Of a stretch of DNA of 64,000 nucleotides, positions 8,496 through 18,712 are shown in pieces. The notes below the pieces were generated by a model, which searched no databases, was not told the DNA's origin, and saw only the letters and a program-made list of their open reading frames with translations. Source of the stretch: Candidatus Binatia bacterium (GTDB lineage: Bacteria; Desulfobacterota; Binatia; Bin18); the NCBI GenBank assembly GCA_963664395.2, contig OY761159.2:4736001-4800000 (forward strand), in the 5' to 3' direction. Position 1 is the first letter of the stretch. Each line of letters starts with the position of its first letter. The translations under genes were made by a program, and so were the position numbers.

Positions 8496-9038
8496 TCAGC
8501 CAGCGAGCAAGCCCGATGCCTGTAACGCCTCAAGCGCCTTGCGCCGCATGGAAAAACGATCTTTTTCCGCAGCATTCATTTCAGCAAAAGTGAGGACACT
8601 CGCCGTTGGCTGAAAAATCGCATCCCAGCCAAACCCCCCCGTGCCCCGCGGACGATCGGGAATGGAGCCCGGTACCGTCCCGGCAAACGTTTGCACCCTT
8701 TCACCGTCACAATAGCCAAACAGCGTTGTTGCCGTTGCCGCACGATTCGTCTCTGCCTGCATCAGCTGACACAGGCCCGCTACACCGATACTGCTGAGGA
8801 AGCATTTGATTAACGCGCCCGGCAACCCATTCCAGGCAGCAAACGCAAGGCCGGTGTCTTCAACCAGGACGGGGCGGCTGAGAGCCGCGTAGGCAAGACG
8901 CGCCTTATGCTCGACGACAGGGAGGGGGTCTATAGACTGAATTTCGTCGAGCGGCAGCGATTCATGCGCCAGAGCAGCGCCAAGGATGCGTTCACATTCT
9001 CGGACCTTGTGTGTATTACCGGAGATAAAAGTCAACAT
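8496..9038 (-). CDS. rdgB: non-canonical purine NTP pyrophosphatase (HAM1/RdgB family)
   Basis: SGNTHKVRE, VEDTGL, GLPG, GFGWDAIF, EKDRFSMR motifs; start re-assigned to MLTFISGN. Confidence 0.9.
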   Translation of the reverse strand: MLTFISGNTHKVRECERILGAALAHESLPLDEIQSIDPLPVVEHKARLAYAALSRPVLVEDTGLAFAAWNGLPGALIKCFLSSIGVAGLCQLMQAETNRAATATTLFGYCDGERVQTFAGTVPGSIPDRPRGTGGFGWDAIFQPTASVLTFAEMNAAEKDRFSMRRKALEALQASGLLAG

Positions 9039-9054
9039 GACGACCCACCCTCCG

Positions 9055-9741
9055 TTATCGGCGGCGCCGCATCCGAGTAGAAGTCTGGTCGGTAGCCCCA
9101 GAACGAAACGCATGAACGCGGTGCCCTTTGACTTGCAACGAACGCAACCTGACAAACTCGGCCTGATCGATCAACACAACCCCCTGCTGCAATGCGGCCA
9201 TCTGCACTTGCGCTGACGATTTGTGCGGGCTCAGGACCATGGCCTGCTGACAATCGGTCTTTTTCAAAGCTTCCAGGGCTGCGCCAATAACCGCTTCATC
9301 CACTAGCGCATATTCAACGAGACACCAGACCCGTTCGTTCCCTCTGACAAGCAACAGAGCGGTTGCTGAGTCAGCGGACACGTCCTTTATCTGCGTTTCA
9401 TATCCTTGGGTCTGGAGAACTCCCATTGCCTGTTCCAAGAATTCCGCACGCTCCATCTGACCGATTTCAACGAGCCAATCAGATTCGGATTGGTCAGAAC
9501 GTGCAGCAGAATTTCGGCGCCGCCGAGTAAAGACGCTCATGAGCAACCACACCCCAATACCGCCGGCCAGCCACAGAACGGAATCCGGACCAAGGTAGCG
9601 CTGAATGGTTGTCGTGCCGAAGATAATCAGCAGGAGAATCGCCGTGCCCTTTATAAGACTGTCTCGTGAGCGCTTCGCACGGCGAAGCTTTTGCACTGCA
9701 ACTGGAGGACGAGAAGGCTCTTGCATATCTTGCTCCCACAT
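9055..9741 (-). CDS. membrane protein with degenerate Mrr-like restriction-endonuclease domain
   Basis: Two TM helices, then M..AEFLE..MGVL..QGY and a C-terminal AMVLS...AQ.AA...GVVLID pattern typical of Mrr_cat; catalytic D..QxK not conserved. Confidence 0.55.
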   Translation of the reverse strand: MWEQDMQEPSRPPVAVQKLRRAKRSRDSLIKGTAILLLIIFGTTTIQRYLGPDSVLWLAGGIGVWLLMSVFTRRRRNSAARSDQSESDWLVEIGQMERAEFLEQAMGVLQTQGYETQIKDVSADSATALLLVRGNERVWCLVEYALVDEAVIGAALEALKKTDCQQAMVLSPHKSSAQVQMAALQQGVVLIDQAEFVRLRSLQVKGHRVHAFRSGATDQTSTRMRRRR

Positions 9742-9905
9742 GGAGGGATTGCCCCTCCTGTCCTATCGATTTAGCTGATAGGCCTGACCTCTCGCAAGCT
9801 CATCTGCGCATCTCTCTGTATCCTCCTTCCTCGCAGAGGGGCCTGAGCGAACAGTAATGAGGATTTTGGGGCTCAATTGGTGCTCAGGCAGGGAGGAGTG
9901 GAGCA

Positions 9906-10772
9906 TCACCGCTTCGTCGTCAGCACAACGCCGCCGATCACACAGGCAGTCCCCAGGACCTGTACCCGAGTGATCTGTTCGTCGAGAAAAATTGCTGACG
10001 AAATCATAACGATGATCGGAATGAGGTTCATGAACACCGCAGCTCGATGGGGGCTCACTCTGGTCAGGGCCTGGTAGTACAGTAGATTCGTCAGCGGTGA
10101 CAGCACCGAGAGATATCCAAGGGCAACCAACACCAGAGGTGAAAAATCAAAGTCTGCACTAAACGGAGCTTCAACCAAACACAGCGGGACTAAAATAAAG
10201 GTCCCCGCGATATAAGAACTCGCAGTTGCGGCGGCTGCCGAACGATTGGCCAGCGCCACCCGACTATACACAGTATACAACGACCAACTGAACTGGCCGA
10301 GCAGAATATACAAGTCTCCCCAATTCAAAGAAAGATTAAAGAGGACCTCCAGTGAGCCCTGACAGATAATGGAAACGAGGCCAACAAAGGACAACAGGAT
10401 GCCCGAGACATTGATAAGTGAAAGCTGTTCCTTCAAGAAAGCCCAGGAAAAAAGGGCGACCCACATCGGAGTGGAGGCAGCGATAATACCCGCATTCGAA
10501 GCGGACGTCGTCTGAAGGCCAATATAAAAAAGCGCGCCGGCTCCAATAACGCCGGTGAGCGTCATCACGGCCGTACTCTTCATATCTTTTCGTAATTCAG
10601 CCCACCAATTGGGCTGGGACTTCCAGCCCACGAGCGTCAGGAGAATAGCGCCGACGACCGTTCGGATAGCGATCAAGGTCAGCGGTCCAACCGACCCGAG
10701 CATGAACTTCCCGGCCGGGAAATTCGTTGCCCATAAACACACCACGCCCAAAAGGAGAAAATAGGCCGCCAC
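9906..10772 (-). CDS. DMT/EamA family transporter
   Basis: About 10 hydrophobic helices; LWATNF, GLQTTSASNA, FLKEQL, FLDEQIT motifs. Confidence 0.9.
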   Translation of the reverse strand: MAAYFLLLGVVCLWATNFPAGKFMLGSVGPLTLIAIRTVVGAILLTLVGWKSQPNWWAELRKDMKSTAVMTLTGVIGAGALFYIGLQTTSASNAGIIAASTPMWVALFSWAFLKEQLSLINVSGILLSFVGLVSIICQGSLEVLFNLSLNWGDLYILLGQFSWSLYTVYSRVALANRSAAAATASSYIAGTFILVPLCLVEAPFSADFDFSPLVLVALGYLSVLSPLTNLLYYQALTRVSPHRAAVFMNLIPIIVMISSAIFLDEQITRVQVLGTACVIGGVVLTTKR

Positions 10773-10779
10773 GTATGCC

Positions 10780-12225
10780 TTATCCTTTAATCACGGCCAT
10801 GGGTTTGAGTTTGGCAACTTTTTTACTGATACCGGCCCGATCCACAACATCCACAACGTTGGCGACATCTTTGTAGGCAGAGGGCATCTCTTCCGCAAAT
10901 GTGCGCTTGCCTCGGTAGCGGGCAATCACACCATACTCGCCGAGTTCTTTGACCAGGTTTCGACCCCGAGCAGCTTTCTTGGCTTGCATACGACTCATCA
11001 CCCGGCCTGCCCCATGGCACGTGGAACCAAAGGTTTCCTGCATCGCCTGCTTTGTACCAACGAGCAGAAACGAGTAGCGGCCCATATCTCCGGGGATCAG
11101 TACAGGTTGACCAAGCGCGCGCACCGAGCTCGGGAGAGCCGGATGGCCGGCTCCAAAGGCGCGAGTTGCGCCTTTGCGGTGCACCCAGACTTTTTGCTTG
11201 ACGCCACCGATTTCATGCGTTTCCGGTTTGGCAATGTTATGGCAGACGTCATAGATCAGACGCAACCCCAGGTCGGTCGGAGAGATGTCCAGGGTGGCCA
11301 GAAAAGCGTGCTCGGCCAAGTGCATCATCACCTGCCGATTGACCCAAGCGTAATTGGCCGCACAGGCCATAGCCGCCAGATAGTGCCGGCCTTCGGGAGA
11401 CGTTATCGGAGCACACGCAAGCTGTCGGTCAGGAACGCGGATATGATACTTGTCCATAGCCCGCCCCATGACGTGCAGCGCATCGTCACACGTCTGATGG
11501 CCCAGCCCACGTGAGCCCGAATGAATAATGAGTGTGACTTGCCCGACCGACAGGCCGAGCGTCTGTGCGGCCGCCGGTTCATATATTTCCTCGACGCGGC
11601 CAACCTCAAGAAAGTGATTGCCCGACCCAAGCGTGCCCACTTGCCCCAAGCCCCGGTTGAGCGCCTCTGCGCTCAATGCGGCAGGATCTGCTCCGATGAG
11701 ACAGCCGTACTCTTCCGTCCGTTCTATATCTTCTGCTCGACCGAAACCCCGCTCAACAGCCCAGCGTGCCCCTTGCACGGTAAGTTTCATTTCGTCTGAC
11801 CTGCTGAGCTTGGGAATAGCCCCCTGTGCGCCCACCCCACAGGGGATAGTGGCAAACAGCGCATCCGCCAGTGTGTGGAGCTTGCTTTGAATCTCAGCGG
11901 CTTGAAGCTTGGTACTGACTAAGCGCACGCCGCAGTTGATATCGTAGCCAACACCGCCGGGAGAGATGACACCTTCGCTGGCGTCCATTGCTGCCACCCC
12001 GCCGATAGGAAAACCATAGCCCCAGTGGATATCTGGCATAGCCAAGGAGTAGCCGACAATGCCGGGCAGATGCGCAACATTGACCACTTGCTGAAGCGCA
12101 GCATCGTGCTGAATGTCCTGCATGAGCTGGGCTGAGGCGTATATCCGTCCGGGGACGCGCATATCGCCCCGTTTGGGAATTTCCCAGACATAGTCGTTGA
12201 TTTGTCGAACCGAAAAATTGCTCAT
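10780..12225 (-). CDS. rtcB: RNA-splicing/repair ligase RtcB (long, archaeal/eukaryal-like type)
   Basis: MPDIHWGYGFPIG, GYDINCG, GSGNHF, HSGSRG, HRKGA, CHGAGR, VIKG motifs. Confidence 0.97.
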   Translation of the reverse strand: MSNFSVRQINDYVWEIPKRGDMRVPGRIYASAQLMQDIQHDAALQQVVNVAHLPGIVGYSLAMPDIHWGYGFPIGGVAAMDASEGVISPGGVGYDINCGVRLVSTKLQAAEIQSKLHTLADALFATIPCGVGAQGAIPKLSRSDEMKLTVQGARWAVERGFGRAEDIERTEEYGCLIGADPAALSAEALNRGLGQVGTLGSGNHFLEVGRVEEIYEPAAAQTLGLSVGQVTLIIHSGSRGLGHQTCDDALHVMGRAMDKYHIRVPDRQLACAPITSPEGRHYLAAMACAANYAWVNRQVMMHLAEHAFLATLDISPTDLGLRLIYDVCHNIAKPETHEIGGVKQKVWVHRKGATRAFGAGHPALPSSVRALGQPVLIPGDMGRYSFLLVGTKQAMQETFGSTCHGAGRVMSRMQAKKAARGRNLVKELGEYGVIARYRGKRTFAEEMPSAYKDVANVVDVVDRAGISKKVAKLKPMAVIKG

Positions 12226-12242
12226 CTGCTGCGCGCGTCCGC

Positions 12243-12665
12243 CTACACGTCAAAGATAATCCGCGCACGCCACCGCTCGGCAATCTTTTGCACGCTGAGC
12301 TGATGATACGTCACGGCCTTGATTTCAGTCTCAAACTCGTGGCGATCGTGATCCAGGCATTCACCCACCAGGCGAGAGGAAATCTGTGTTTTTTCCAGCC
12401 GCTCAATATAAATTTCTTTTCCAATAAAGCCGTCCTGTAGAAAATCGACGAGTAAGCGAGTGAGCCAATCGTGCAGCAAGTCTTCCCAGTTGTCTGCAAA
12501 CACAGTGTGAGAGCGTTCTTCAGCAGGCTGTACCTGTTCGAGATGGACCATAAGGGTGAACAAGGCCAGCCCCGCTCGACGAAACAAGTCCGGGGCAGAC
12601 TGAGCCTCGACTTCGATTCCGATATCAGCCGTATGCTCAATCTCTCGAAAGAGGGGAGTAGTCAC
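12243..12665 (-). CDS. archease
   Basis: EHTADIG...EIKAVTYH...IIFDV; directly upstream of rtcB. Confidence 0.95.
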   Translation of the reverse strand: MTTPLFREIEHTADIGIEVEAQSAPDLFRRAGLALFTLMVHLEQVQPAEERSHTVFADNWEDLLHDWLTRLLVDFLQDGFIGKEIYIERLEKTQISSRLVGECLDHDRHEFETEIKAVTYHQLSVQKIAERWRARIIFDV

Positions 12666-12671
12666 TCTTTC

Positions 12672-12677
12672 ATTATA
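12672..12677 (-). promoter_or_regulatory. -10 box of a probable leaderless archease-rtcB transcript
   Basis: Perfect TATAAT ends 6 nt before the GTG start (TATAATgaaagaGTG); no Shine-Dalgarno sequence. Confidence 0.5.
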
Positions 12678-12763
12678 CGAGGTGCACTCCGAGAGCGGAA
12701 CTCCGTCCTCCCGGCGGGCCGGTGCACGAGTTCCTCCAGGAGGCTGCGTACATCAGATCTCGA

Positions 12764-13285
12764 TCATTCTGCGTCATATCGGATACATGAAAAGACCCCA
12801 CACGGGGCAAGGCGTTCCCGTCCGCCCAGGAACGACAGTTCTACCAGGAAGGCTGCTTCTACGATGTCGGCTTGCAGTTTGCCGGCGAGCGAAATTGCGG
12901 CGCGGGCGGTTCCGCCGGTTGCTAAGAGGTCATCAATCAACAAGACGCGACTGTTCGGGGGGAACGCATCCCGATGAATCTCTAACGTATCTGTTCCATA
13001 CTCGAGCTCGTAGCTTGCCTCAAATGTTGATGCCGGCAGCTTGCCGGGTTTTCGAACCAGCGCGTGGCCACAGCCCAAAGCATAGGCTAAGGCCGAGCCA
13101 AAGATAAACCCACGCGATTCAATCCCCAGGATAATGTCAATTTTATTTCGGTACCGGTCGGCGAGTTGATCTATCACCTGCCGCCAGGCCGGCCCATTGG
13201 TGAGTAACGGAGTAATGTCCTTAAAGACGATTCCCGGCTTGGGAAAATCCGGGACATCACGAATAAACGTTTTCAAGTCTAACAT
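12764..13285 (-). CDS. apt: adenine phosphoribosyltransferase
   Basis: DFPKPGIVFKDITPLL, ESRGF, RKPGKLP, IDDLLATGGT. Confidence 0.97.
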   Translation of the reverse strand: MLDLKTFIRDVPDFPKPGIVFKDITPLLTNGPAWRQVIDQLADRYRNKIDIILGIESRGFIFGSALAYALGCGHALVRKPGKLPASTFEASYELEYGTDTLEIHRDAFPPNSRVLLIDDLLATGGTARAAISLAGKLQADIVEAAFLVELSFLGGRERLAPCGVFSCIRYDAE

Positions 13286-13300
13286 GCGCCCCTCCTCAGT

Positions 13301-13350
13301 CTTCTGTCTGCTTCTGCCTGCTTCTGTCTGGCTTCGTCTGGCTTCGTCTG
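13301..13350. repeat. 10-bp tandem repeat x5
   Basis: cttctgtctg cttctgcctg cttctgtctg gcttcgtctg gcttcgtctg fills the space between the M23 stop and the apt RBS. Confidence 0.85.
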
Positions 13351-13353
13351 GTT

Positions 13354-14076
13354 TTACTCCCGCTGAGTCGCGTGGCGGACAGGTGGCAGATAATGTATCG
13401 GGTTGCGGGCGTTTTTGCCGCTGCGGACCTCAAAGTGTAAACTTGCGCCCGTCACCCGGCCGGTTTGTCCAACTTCACCGACAATATCACCGCGTTGCAC
13501 TGCTTGCCCATCTTTCACCAGATTGCGGCGATGATGAGCGTACACCGTGGTAAAGCCATTCGCATGCTTCACAATGACGACATTGCCATAGCCGCGTAAG
13601 GCATCGCTAAAGATGACCCGCCCGGCGGCTGCCGCACGGACCGGGGTTCCGACTGGGGCCACAATGTCAATGCCATCGTGGAAGCCCCCCTTACGCGGGC
13701 CGAAACGAGAGGTTACCGTTCCTTTGAGCGGCCAACTAAAAAGCTTTTCCGCATCCTTGGGAATGGGTAGATAGGCTGGTGGAGGTTTCCCCTCTAGCTT
13801 GGAACGGGAGGGCTTGGCCGGCGACGTTCTTGCCAGACCACGATATGTGGTCCCGTGCGGCATACGGAGGCGCTGCCCAACTTCTATACGGTCAGGATTG
13901 CGAATAGCGTTAAGCGCGGCCAACTCCTGATACGGAACGCGGTACGCATGCCCGATCTCAGACAGCGTCTCACCGGGCCGAACGACGTGATACTTGTACT
14001 GAGTGCGAGAACACGCAGAGAAGACGACCAACACCCAGAGGAAGACGCCCAGGACCACCCCACCCCACCGCCACAC
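13354..14076 (-). CDS. LysM / peptidase M23 lipoprotein (NlpD-like)
   Basis: Lipobox FSA-C; LysM HVVRPGETLSEIG; M23 HDGID, YAH, HFE motifs. Confidence 0.9.
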   Translation of the reverse strand: MWRWGGVVLGVFLWVLVVFSACSRTQYKYHVVRPGETLSEIGHAYRVPYQELAALNAIRNPDRIEVGQRLRMPHGTTYRGLARTSPAKPSRSKLEGKPPPAYLPIPKDAEKLFSWPLKGTVTSRFGPRKGGFHDGIDIVAPVGTPVRAAAAGRVIFSDALRGYGNVVIVKHANGFTTVYAHHRRNLVKDGQAVQRGDIVGEVGQTGRVTGASLHFEVRSGKNARNPIHYLPPVRHATQRE

Positions 14077-14135
14077 AGCTTCTTCCCTTTCTCCTAGAGG
14101 AGGTTATCCACCCGCTATCATTAGCGCCACAAACT

Positions 14136-14164
14136 ATTGTCAGATGCTTGCACCGCTTTGTCAA
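14136..14164 (-). promoter_or_regulatory. sigma70-type promoter for the M23-apt genes
   Basis: TTGACA-17 nt-GACAAT on the minus strand, about 60 nt before the start. Confidence 0.6.
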
Positions 14165-14224
14165 GAAGAAGAAGAATGAGCGCAAGGCAGGACCGGACAC
14201 AATCAACGCGCTGAAGAGACTGTG

Positions 14225-15205
14225 TTATTGAGCCGGGCTATTGAGCCGATTGAGGCCGAGCGTTGCTCCTGCACCAATAACGATCAACACCAGCGCCGCG
14301 CCTATCTGCCCACCGCTGGGTAGAAAAAACTGCACCGGCCAGTCTTCGGCATCAATCCGGGGAAGTGTCTCTGGGGTGACCACGTGCCCTTGTATCAAAT
14401 CGCCTATCTGGGGCGGGACGCCAGCCTGAAATGGCCAGAGGCCAACCACAGCACCAAGCACCAAGCCCATGAGGGCGCCAAGTGTGGCCGCTCGATGGTG
14501 TTCCAACAGCCAGCGTACGAGATTGCTGACTCCAATAACACCCGCCACCCCGCCAATGCCGACTGGCACCACAACACATAAAGCCTCCTCAACGAGGGGC
14601 CAATTCAGCCCGGCCGGCTCGCCTGTTCCAAGCAGGCCAAGGCGCAGCTTTTCAATGCTACTGAGAATGGGCACATATTGGCCGAGCAGGAGGAGAAGAT
14701 ACCCCCCCGACACTCCAGGGAGCACCATAGCACTCGCCCCGGCCAAACCAGCAACAAAAAGTAACCCCAGGGATGCCTCTCCGTGTCCAGTTTGCGTCGG
14801 ATTCCCGAAGGCGAGCAGAACCATCAGGAGAAAAGCGGCTCCAGCGCCAATAAAAAAGCGCTGAGATACCGGATGGGAAAGACGCCAGAGTAACGGCACA
14901 CTCCCCAGCGTGAGGCCAATGAACAGGCTGTACATGATCCAGCGGTACTCAATGACTACCGTTTTGGTGGGTCCGGCAAGGAGAACAATGGCAAGGGCTG
15001 CGGCTCCTCCAATTGCACTCAGAAGAACCAGAGACGCCAGACGCCAGCGGAATGTAGTGACCTCGGCTATGGCCCCAATAAAGTCGGGATATACTCCAGT
15101 GACCAGCAGCATCGTGCCGCCACTGATACCGGGAACGAGGTTGGCCAGTCCCATCAGTGCCCCGCCAATGAGGGCTTGGACGATCTTGCTCGCTTGTTCG
15201 GCCAT
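14225..15205 (-). CDS. DUF368 family membrane protein (undecaprenyl-phosphate translocase family)
   Basis: Repeated MGLANLVPGISGGT and AMVLPGVSGG motifs. Confidence 0.9.
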   Translation of the reverse strand: MAEQASKIVQALIGGALMGLANLVPGISGGTMLLVTGVYPDFIGAIAEVTTFRWRLASLVLLSAIGGAAALAIVLLAGPTKTVVIEYRWIMYSLFIGLTLGSVPLLWRLSHPVSQRFFIGAGAAFLLMVLLAFGNPTQTGHGEASLGLLFVAGLAGASAMVLPGVSGGYLLLLLGQYVPILSSIEKLRLGLLGTGEPAGLNWPLVEEALCVVVPVGIGGVAGVIGVSNLVRWLLEHHRAATLGALMGLVLGAVVGLWPFQAGVPPQIGDLIQGHVVTPETLPRIDAEDWPVQFFLPSGGQIGAALVLIVIGAGATLGLNRLNSPAQ

Positions 15206-15275
15206 ATGTGGGAGTCAGGTAGCGTTCAACGAGAGGCGGCTGAACTCTTCGGACTGACGCGCATCGAAACCGGGT

Positions 15276-16961
15276 TCAGACCCGCCGAGGGCGCACTGGC
15301 TCAGACGCAATGGATTGCGACTGTGATGTGGAACGCCGTCCAGCCCGCTTTGTATCCTTTTGCAGCTTGAACTCCATACTATCCACGAGTGCCTGCCAGC
15401 TTGCCTCTATGACATTATGGGACACCCCAACGGTGCCCCAGCGATCGGTTTTGTCACCGGATTCAATCAGGACCCGAACCGTGGCGCTGGTCCCCTCGCC
15501 CGCGCCCAGGACACGGACTTTATAGTCATGCAATTCGACAGATTCGAGCTGGGGGTAGAACTGCGTGAGGGCTTTACGCAGAGCCCGGTCAAGCGCATTG
15601 ACGGGTCCATTGCCCTGAGCCGCGGTATGCGCGATCTGGCCGTCTGGTCCTTCTACCATAATGGTGGCCTCGGAGAGCGGCGGCTCATCTTCCTTGCGTT
15701 TTTCGTCTATCACCCGAAACCCGATGAGACGAAAATGGCGGACCGCGCCATTCAGGGCTTTGCGCATTAAGAGTTCAAATGAAGCCTCGGCCCCTTCATA
15801 CTGAAAACCCGAGTGCTCAAGCTGCTTTACTTCATCCAGAATAGTCCTGAGCGCGGGATCAGTGCTCTCCACATCCAGGCCGAACTCTTTGGCTTTGTAG
15901 ATGAGGTTGCTCCGCCCGGACAGGTCGGAGACAAGCACGCGCTGGATATTCCCAATGAGTTCCGGGTCGATGTGTTCATAGGTCTCACTATTTTTCCGGA
16001 CCGCGGCGACATGCAGCCCCCCCTTGTGCGCAAAGGCGCTCACGCCGACGTAGGCCTGACGTTTATTGGGCTCAATATTGGCCAACTCATACACCAGGCG
16101 AGAGAGCTGGGGTAATTGCGTGAGTTGGTGCGGACTGACACAGCGGTAGCCCATCTTGAGCTGCAAATTGGGAATCACGGAACACAGGTTGGCATTGCCA
16201 CACCGCTCGCCAAAGCCATTGATCGTGCCCTGGACCTGGACGGCCCCACCTTCAACCCCGGCGAGCGAGTTTGCCACGGCTAATTCACAGTCGTTGTGAC
16301 AGTGAATGCCAAGTTTCGCATCGACCGCTTGAGAGGCCGCCTGCATGCCCGCACGAATTTCGTGCGGCATGCTCCCGCCGCGCGTATCGCATAATACAAG
16401 GACATCCGCTCCGGCTTGCGCCGCGGCGGTGAGGCATTCCAGCGCATAGCTTGGGTTGGCTTTGAAGCCGTCAAAGAAGTGTTCTGCATCAAAAATGATT
16501 TCATCCACCCGCTGTTTGAGATAGGCGATCGAATCGCCTATCACTTCCACGTTGGCCTTTTTTGAGATGCGCAGATCATCCCGCACGTGAAGATCCCAGG
16601 TCTTGCCAACAATGGTCACCACCGGGGTAGCGGCCTGTACGAGCAAACGAATATTAAAGTCGTCCGCGGCTGTATTATTCGCCCGGCGGGTAGAACCAAA
16701 GGCGGCAATCCGGGCACGTTTCAGTCCCACCTTTTTAATCGCCTTAAAAAATTCTTCGTCGCGGGGATTCGAGCCTGGCCAGCCGCCCTCAATGTATTGC
16801 AGACCGAAGGCATCCAGCTCTTCGGCGATGCGTAATTTATCATCCAGGGTGAGCGAAACATCTTCAGACTGACACCCGTCCCGTAAAGTTGTGTCGTACA
16901 AAGCGATCTTGGTAGTCTTGGTGATCTTGGGCATCTTGGCGGTCTTGGGCATCTTTTTCAT
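15276..16961 (-). CDS. cimA: citramalate synthase
   Basis: [48 protein letters not shown]; N-terminal 9-bp repeat expansion ([15 protein letters not shown]). Confidence 0.93.
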   Translation of the reverse strand: MKKMPKTAKMPKITKTTKIALYDTTLRDGCQSEDVSLTLDDKLRIAEELDAFGLQYIEGGWPGSNPRDEEFFKAIKKVGLKRARIAAFGSTRRANNTAADDFNIRLLVQAATPVVTIVGKTWDLHVRDDLRISKKANVEVIGDSIAYLKQRVDEIIFDAEHFFDGFKANPSYALECLTAAAQAGADVLVLCDTRGGSMPHEIRAGMQAASQAVDAKLGIHCHNDCELAVANSLAGVEGGAVQVQGTINGFGERCGNANLCSVIPNLQLKMGYRCVSPHQLTQLPQLSRLVYELANIEPNKRQAYVGVSAFAHKGGLHVAAVRKNSETYEHIDPELIGNIQRVLVSDLSGRSNLIYKAKEFGLDVESTDPALRTILDEVKQLEHSGFQYEGAEASFELLMRKALNGAVRHFRLIGFRVIDEKRKEDEPPLSEATIMVEGPDGQIAHTAAQGNGPVNALDRALRKALTQFYPQLESVELHDYKVRVLGAGEGTSATVRVLIESGDKTDRWGTVGVSHNVIEASWQALVDSMEFKLQKDTKRAGRRSTSQSQSIASEPVRPRRV

Positions 16962-17008
16962 AACACTCTTATACGCTCCTCACCGTATTCTCTGCACGCA
17001 GCGTTTGA

Positions 17009-18223
17009 CTAGGCCGATGGGATAAACGCATCGTGCAGCACCCGAACGGCCAGCTCGGCATACTTGGCGGCAATCACAATAGAGATTTTAATCTCCGAGG
17101 TTGAAATCATCTGAATGTTGATCCCCTCTGCGGCTAACACTTCAAACATGTGGGAGGCCACACCAGCGTGGCTGCGCATGCCCAGCCCGACAATCGAGAC
17201 CTTGGCGACTTCGGAGTCATAGACAACATCCCCTGCCCCGATCTCCAGCGCGGCACTTTTGACTCGTTCAAGGGCCTTAGGCACATCCCCGCGTGGTATC
17301 GTAAATGTGACATCGGTTTTTTCATCTTCGCTGGCATTCTGGATGATCATATCCACAACAATATTGTCTTGCGCAATGGGCGTGAACAGCTTGGCGGCTA
17401 ATCCTGGCCGGTCAGGCACCCGCATAAGGGTAATTTTCGCCTGATCCAAATCAGACGTGACGCCCGAGACAATCACATCTTCCATGCTTTGATCCTCCTG
17501 CACTAACCACGTCCCTTCGTCGTGCGAAAAGCTTGAGCGGACATGAACAGGCACCTGATAGCGCTTGGCAAGTTCTACTGAGCGGATTTGGAGCACTTTT
17601 GCACCCAAACTGGCGAGTTCAAGCATCTCCTCATAGGAGATGCGCTCCAGTTTATGGGCATGGGGACAAATGCGCGGGTCGGCACTATACACCCCGTCGA
17701 CATCGGTATAGATCTCGCAGACATCAGCCTGTGTTGCCGCTGCAATAGCAACCGCAGTCGTGTCCGAGCCTCCTCGGCCCAAGGTCGTGATATTCTGCTG
17801 TGCATTAATGCCCTGGAAACCGGCAATAACAACAATATTGCCCTCCTTCAGCGCATTCAATAGGCGCGACGTCTGGACGTGCCTGATCCGCGCCCGGCCA
17901 TAGGCGTCATCGGTTTCGATTTGCACCTGATGGCCAAGGAGAGATACAGCCGGAGCGCCCATCTCTTTGAGCGCCATGGCAAGCAGGGCAATCGTTACCT
18001 GTTCACCGGTTGAAACAAGAACGTCGCTCTCACGTGCATCAGGCTGCTCGGCAATCTGCCGCGCGAGGTTCAGCAAGCGGTTTGTTTCACCACTCATGGC
18101 AGACAGCACGACCGTGACCTGATGGCCCGCCGCGCGCGTGGCAGCCACACGCGCGGCGACCTCTTGGATCCGGTCAATCGATCCGACCGAAGTTCCGCCA
18201 TATTTCTGGACAATCAACATCAA
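17009..18223 (-). CDS. lysC: aspartate kinase
   Basis: [36 protein letters not shown] domains, ISTSEIKIS. Confidence 0.97.
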   Translation of the reverse strand: MMLIVQKYGGTSVGSIDRIQEVAARVAATRAAGHQVTVVLSAMSGETNRLLNLARQIAEQPDARESDVLVSTGEQVTIALLAMALKEMGAPAVSLLGHQVQIETDDAYGRARIRHVQTSRLLNALKEGNIVVIAGFQGINAQQNITTLGRGGSDTTAVAIAAATQADVCEIYTDVDGVYSADPRICPHAHKLERISYEEMLELASLGAKVLQIRSVELAKRYQVPVHVRSSFSHDEGTWLVQEDQSMEDVIVSGVTSDLDQAKITLMRVPDRPGLAAKLFTPIAQDNIVVDMIIQNASEDEKTDVTFTIPRGDVPKALERVKSAALEIGAGDVVYDSEVAKVSIVGLGMRSHAGVASHMFEVLAAEGINIQMISTSEIKISIVIAAKYAELAVRVLHDAFIPSA

Positions 18224-18238
18224 CGCTCGCTACTCTCT

Positions 18239-18712
18239 CTATAGATTAGATAGGTGGGCAACCAGCTGCTCATACCGTTCCCCGTACGGAGTAAGGATCA
18301 CAGTGCGCGCGTCCCCCTCCCCACACTCGATCGAAAGCAGCAGGTATTCTTCTATCAAATCGCGCACATCGTTCGACAGAAACGGAAACCATTCAATGAC
18401 GGCAACACCTTGCCCGAAAAGATACTCCTCATACCCTAATTCTTCGACCTCCACCCCCTCAAGCCGGTAGAGATCAATATGGTAGAGTGGTATTCTCCCC
18501 CTATAATGCTCAGCCACAAGAGTAAAGGTGGGGCTGGTAACGGTTTCGGGTGCAATACCGAGTCCGGCCGCTATGCCTTTCGCCATACACGTTTTGCCCG
18601 CGCCCAAATCGCCACACAGCCCGAGGACCATTCCAGGGGTCAGGAACCGCCCGAGCTGGCGCCCAATAGATACCGTCTCTTCAGCCGAGGATGTCTGAAT
18701 AATATGCGGCAT
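18239..18712 (-). CDS. tsaE: tRNA t6A biosynthesis ATPase TsaE
   Basis: [24 protein letters not shown]; start re-assigned to MPHIIQTSS. Confidence 0.95.
   Translation of the reverse strand: MPHIIQTSSAEETVSIGRQLGRFLTPGMVLGLCGDLGAGKTCMAKGIAAGLGIAPETVTSPTFTLVAEHYRGRIPLYHIDLYRLEGVEVEELGYEEYLFGQGVAVIEWFPFLSNDVRDLIEEYLLLSIECGEGDARTVILTPYGERYEQLVAHLSNL

Noticed and set aside
12697-12734. Structured ncRNA or riboswitch between apt and archease
   Set aside because: Only a 7-bp GGAACTC/GAGTTCC stem with no family motif, and it lies upstream of the likely transcription start.
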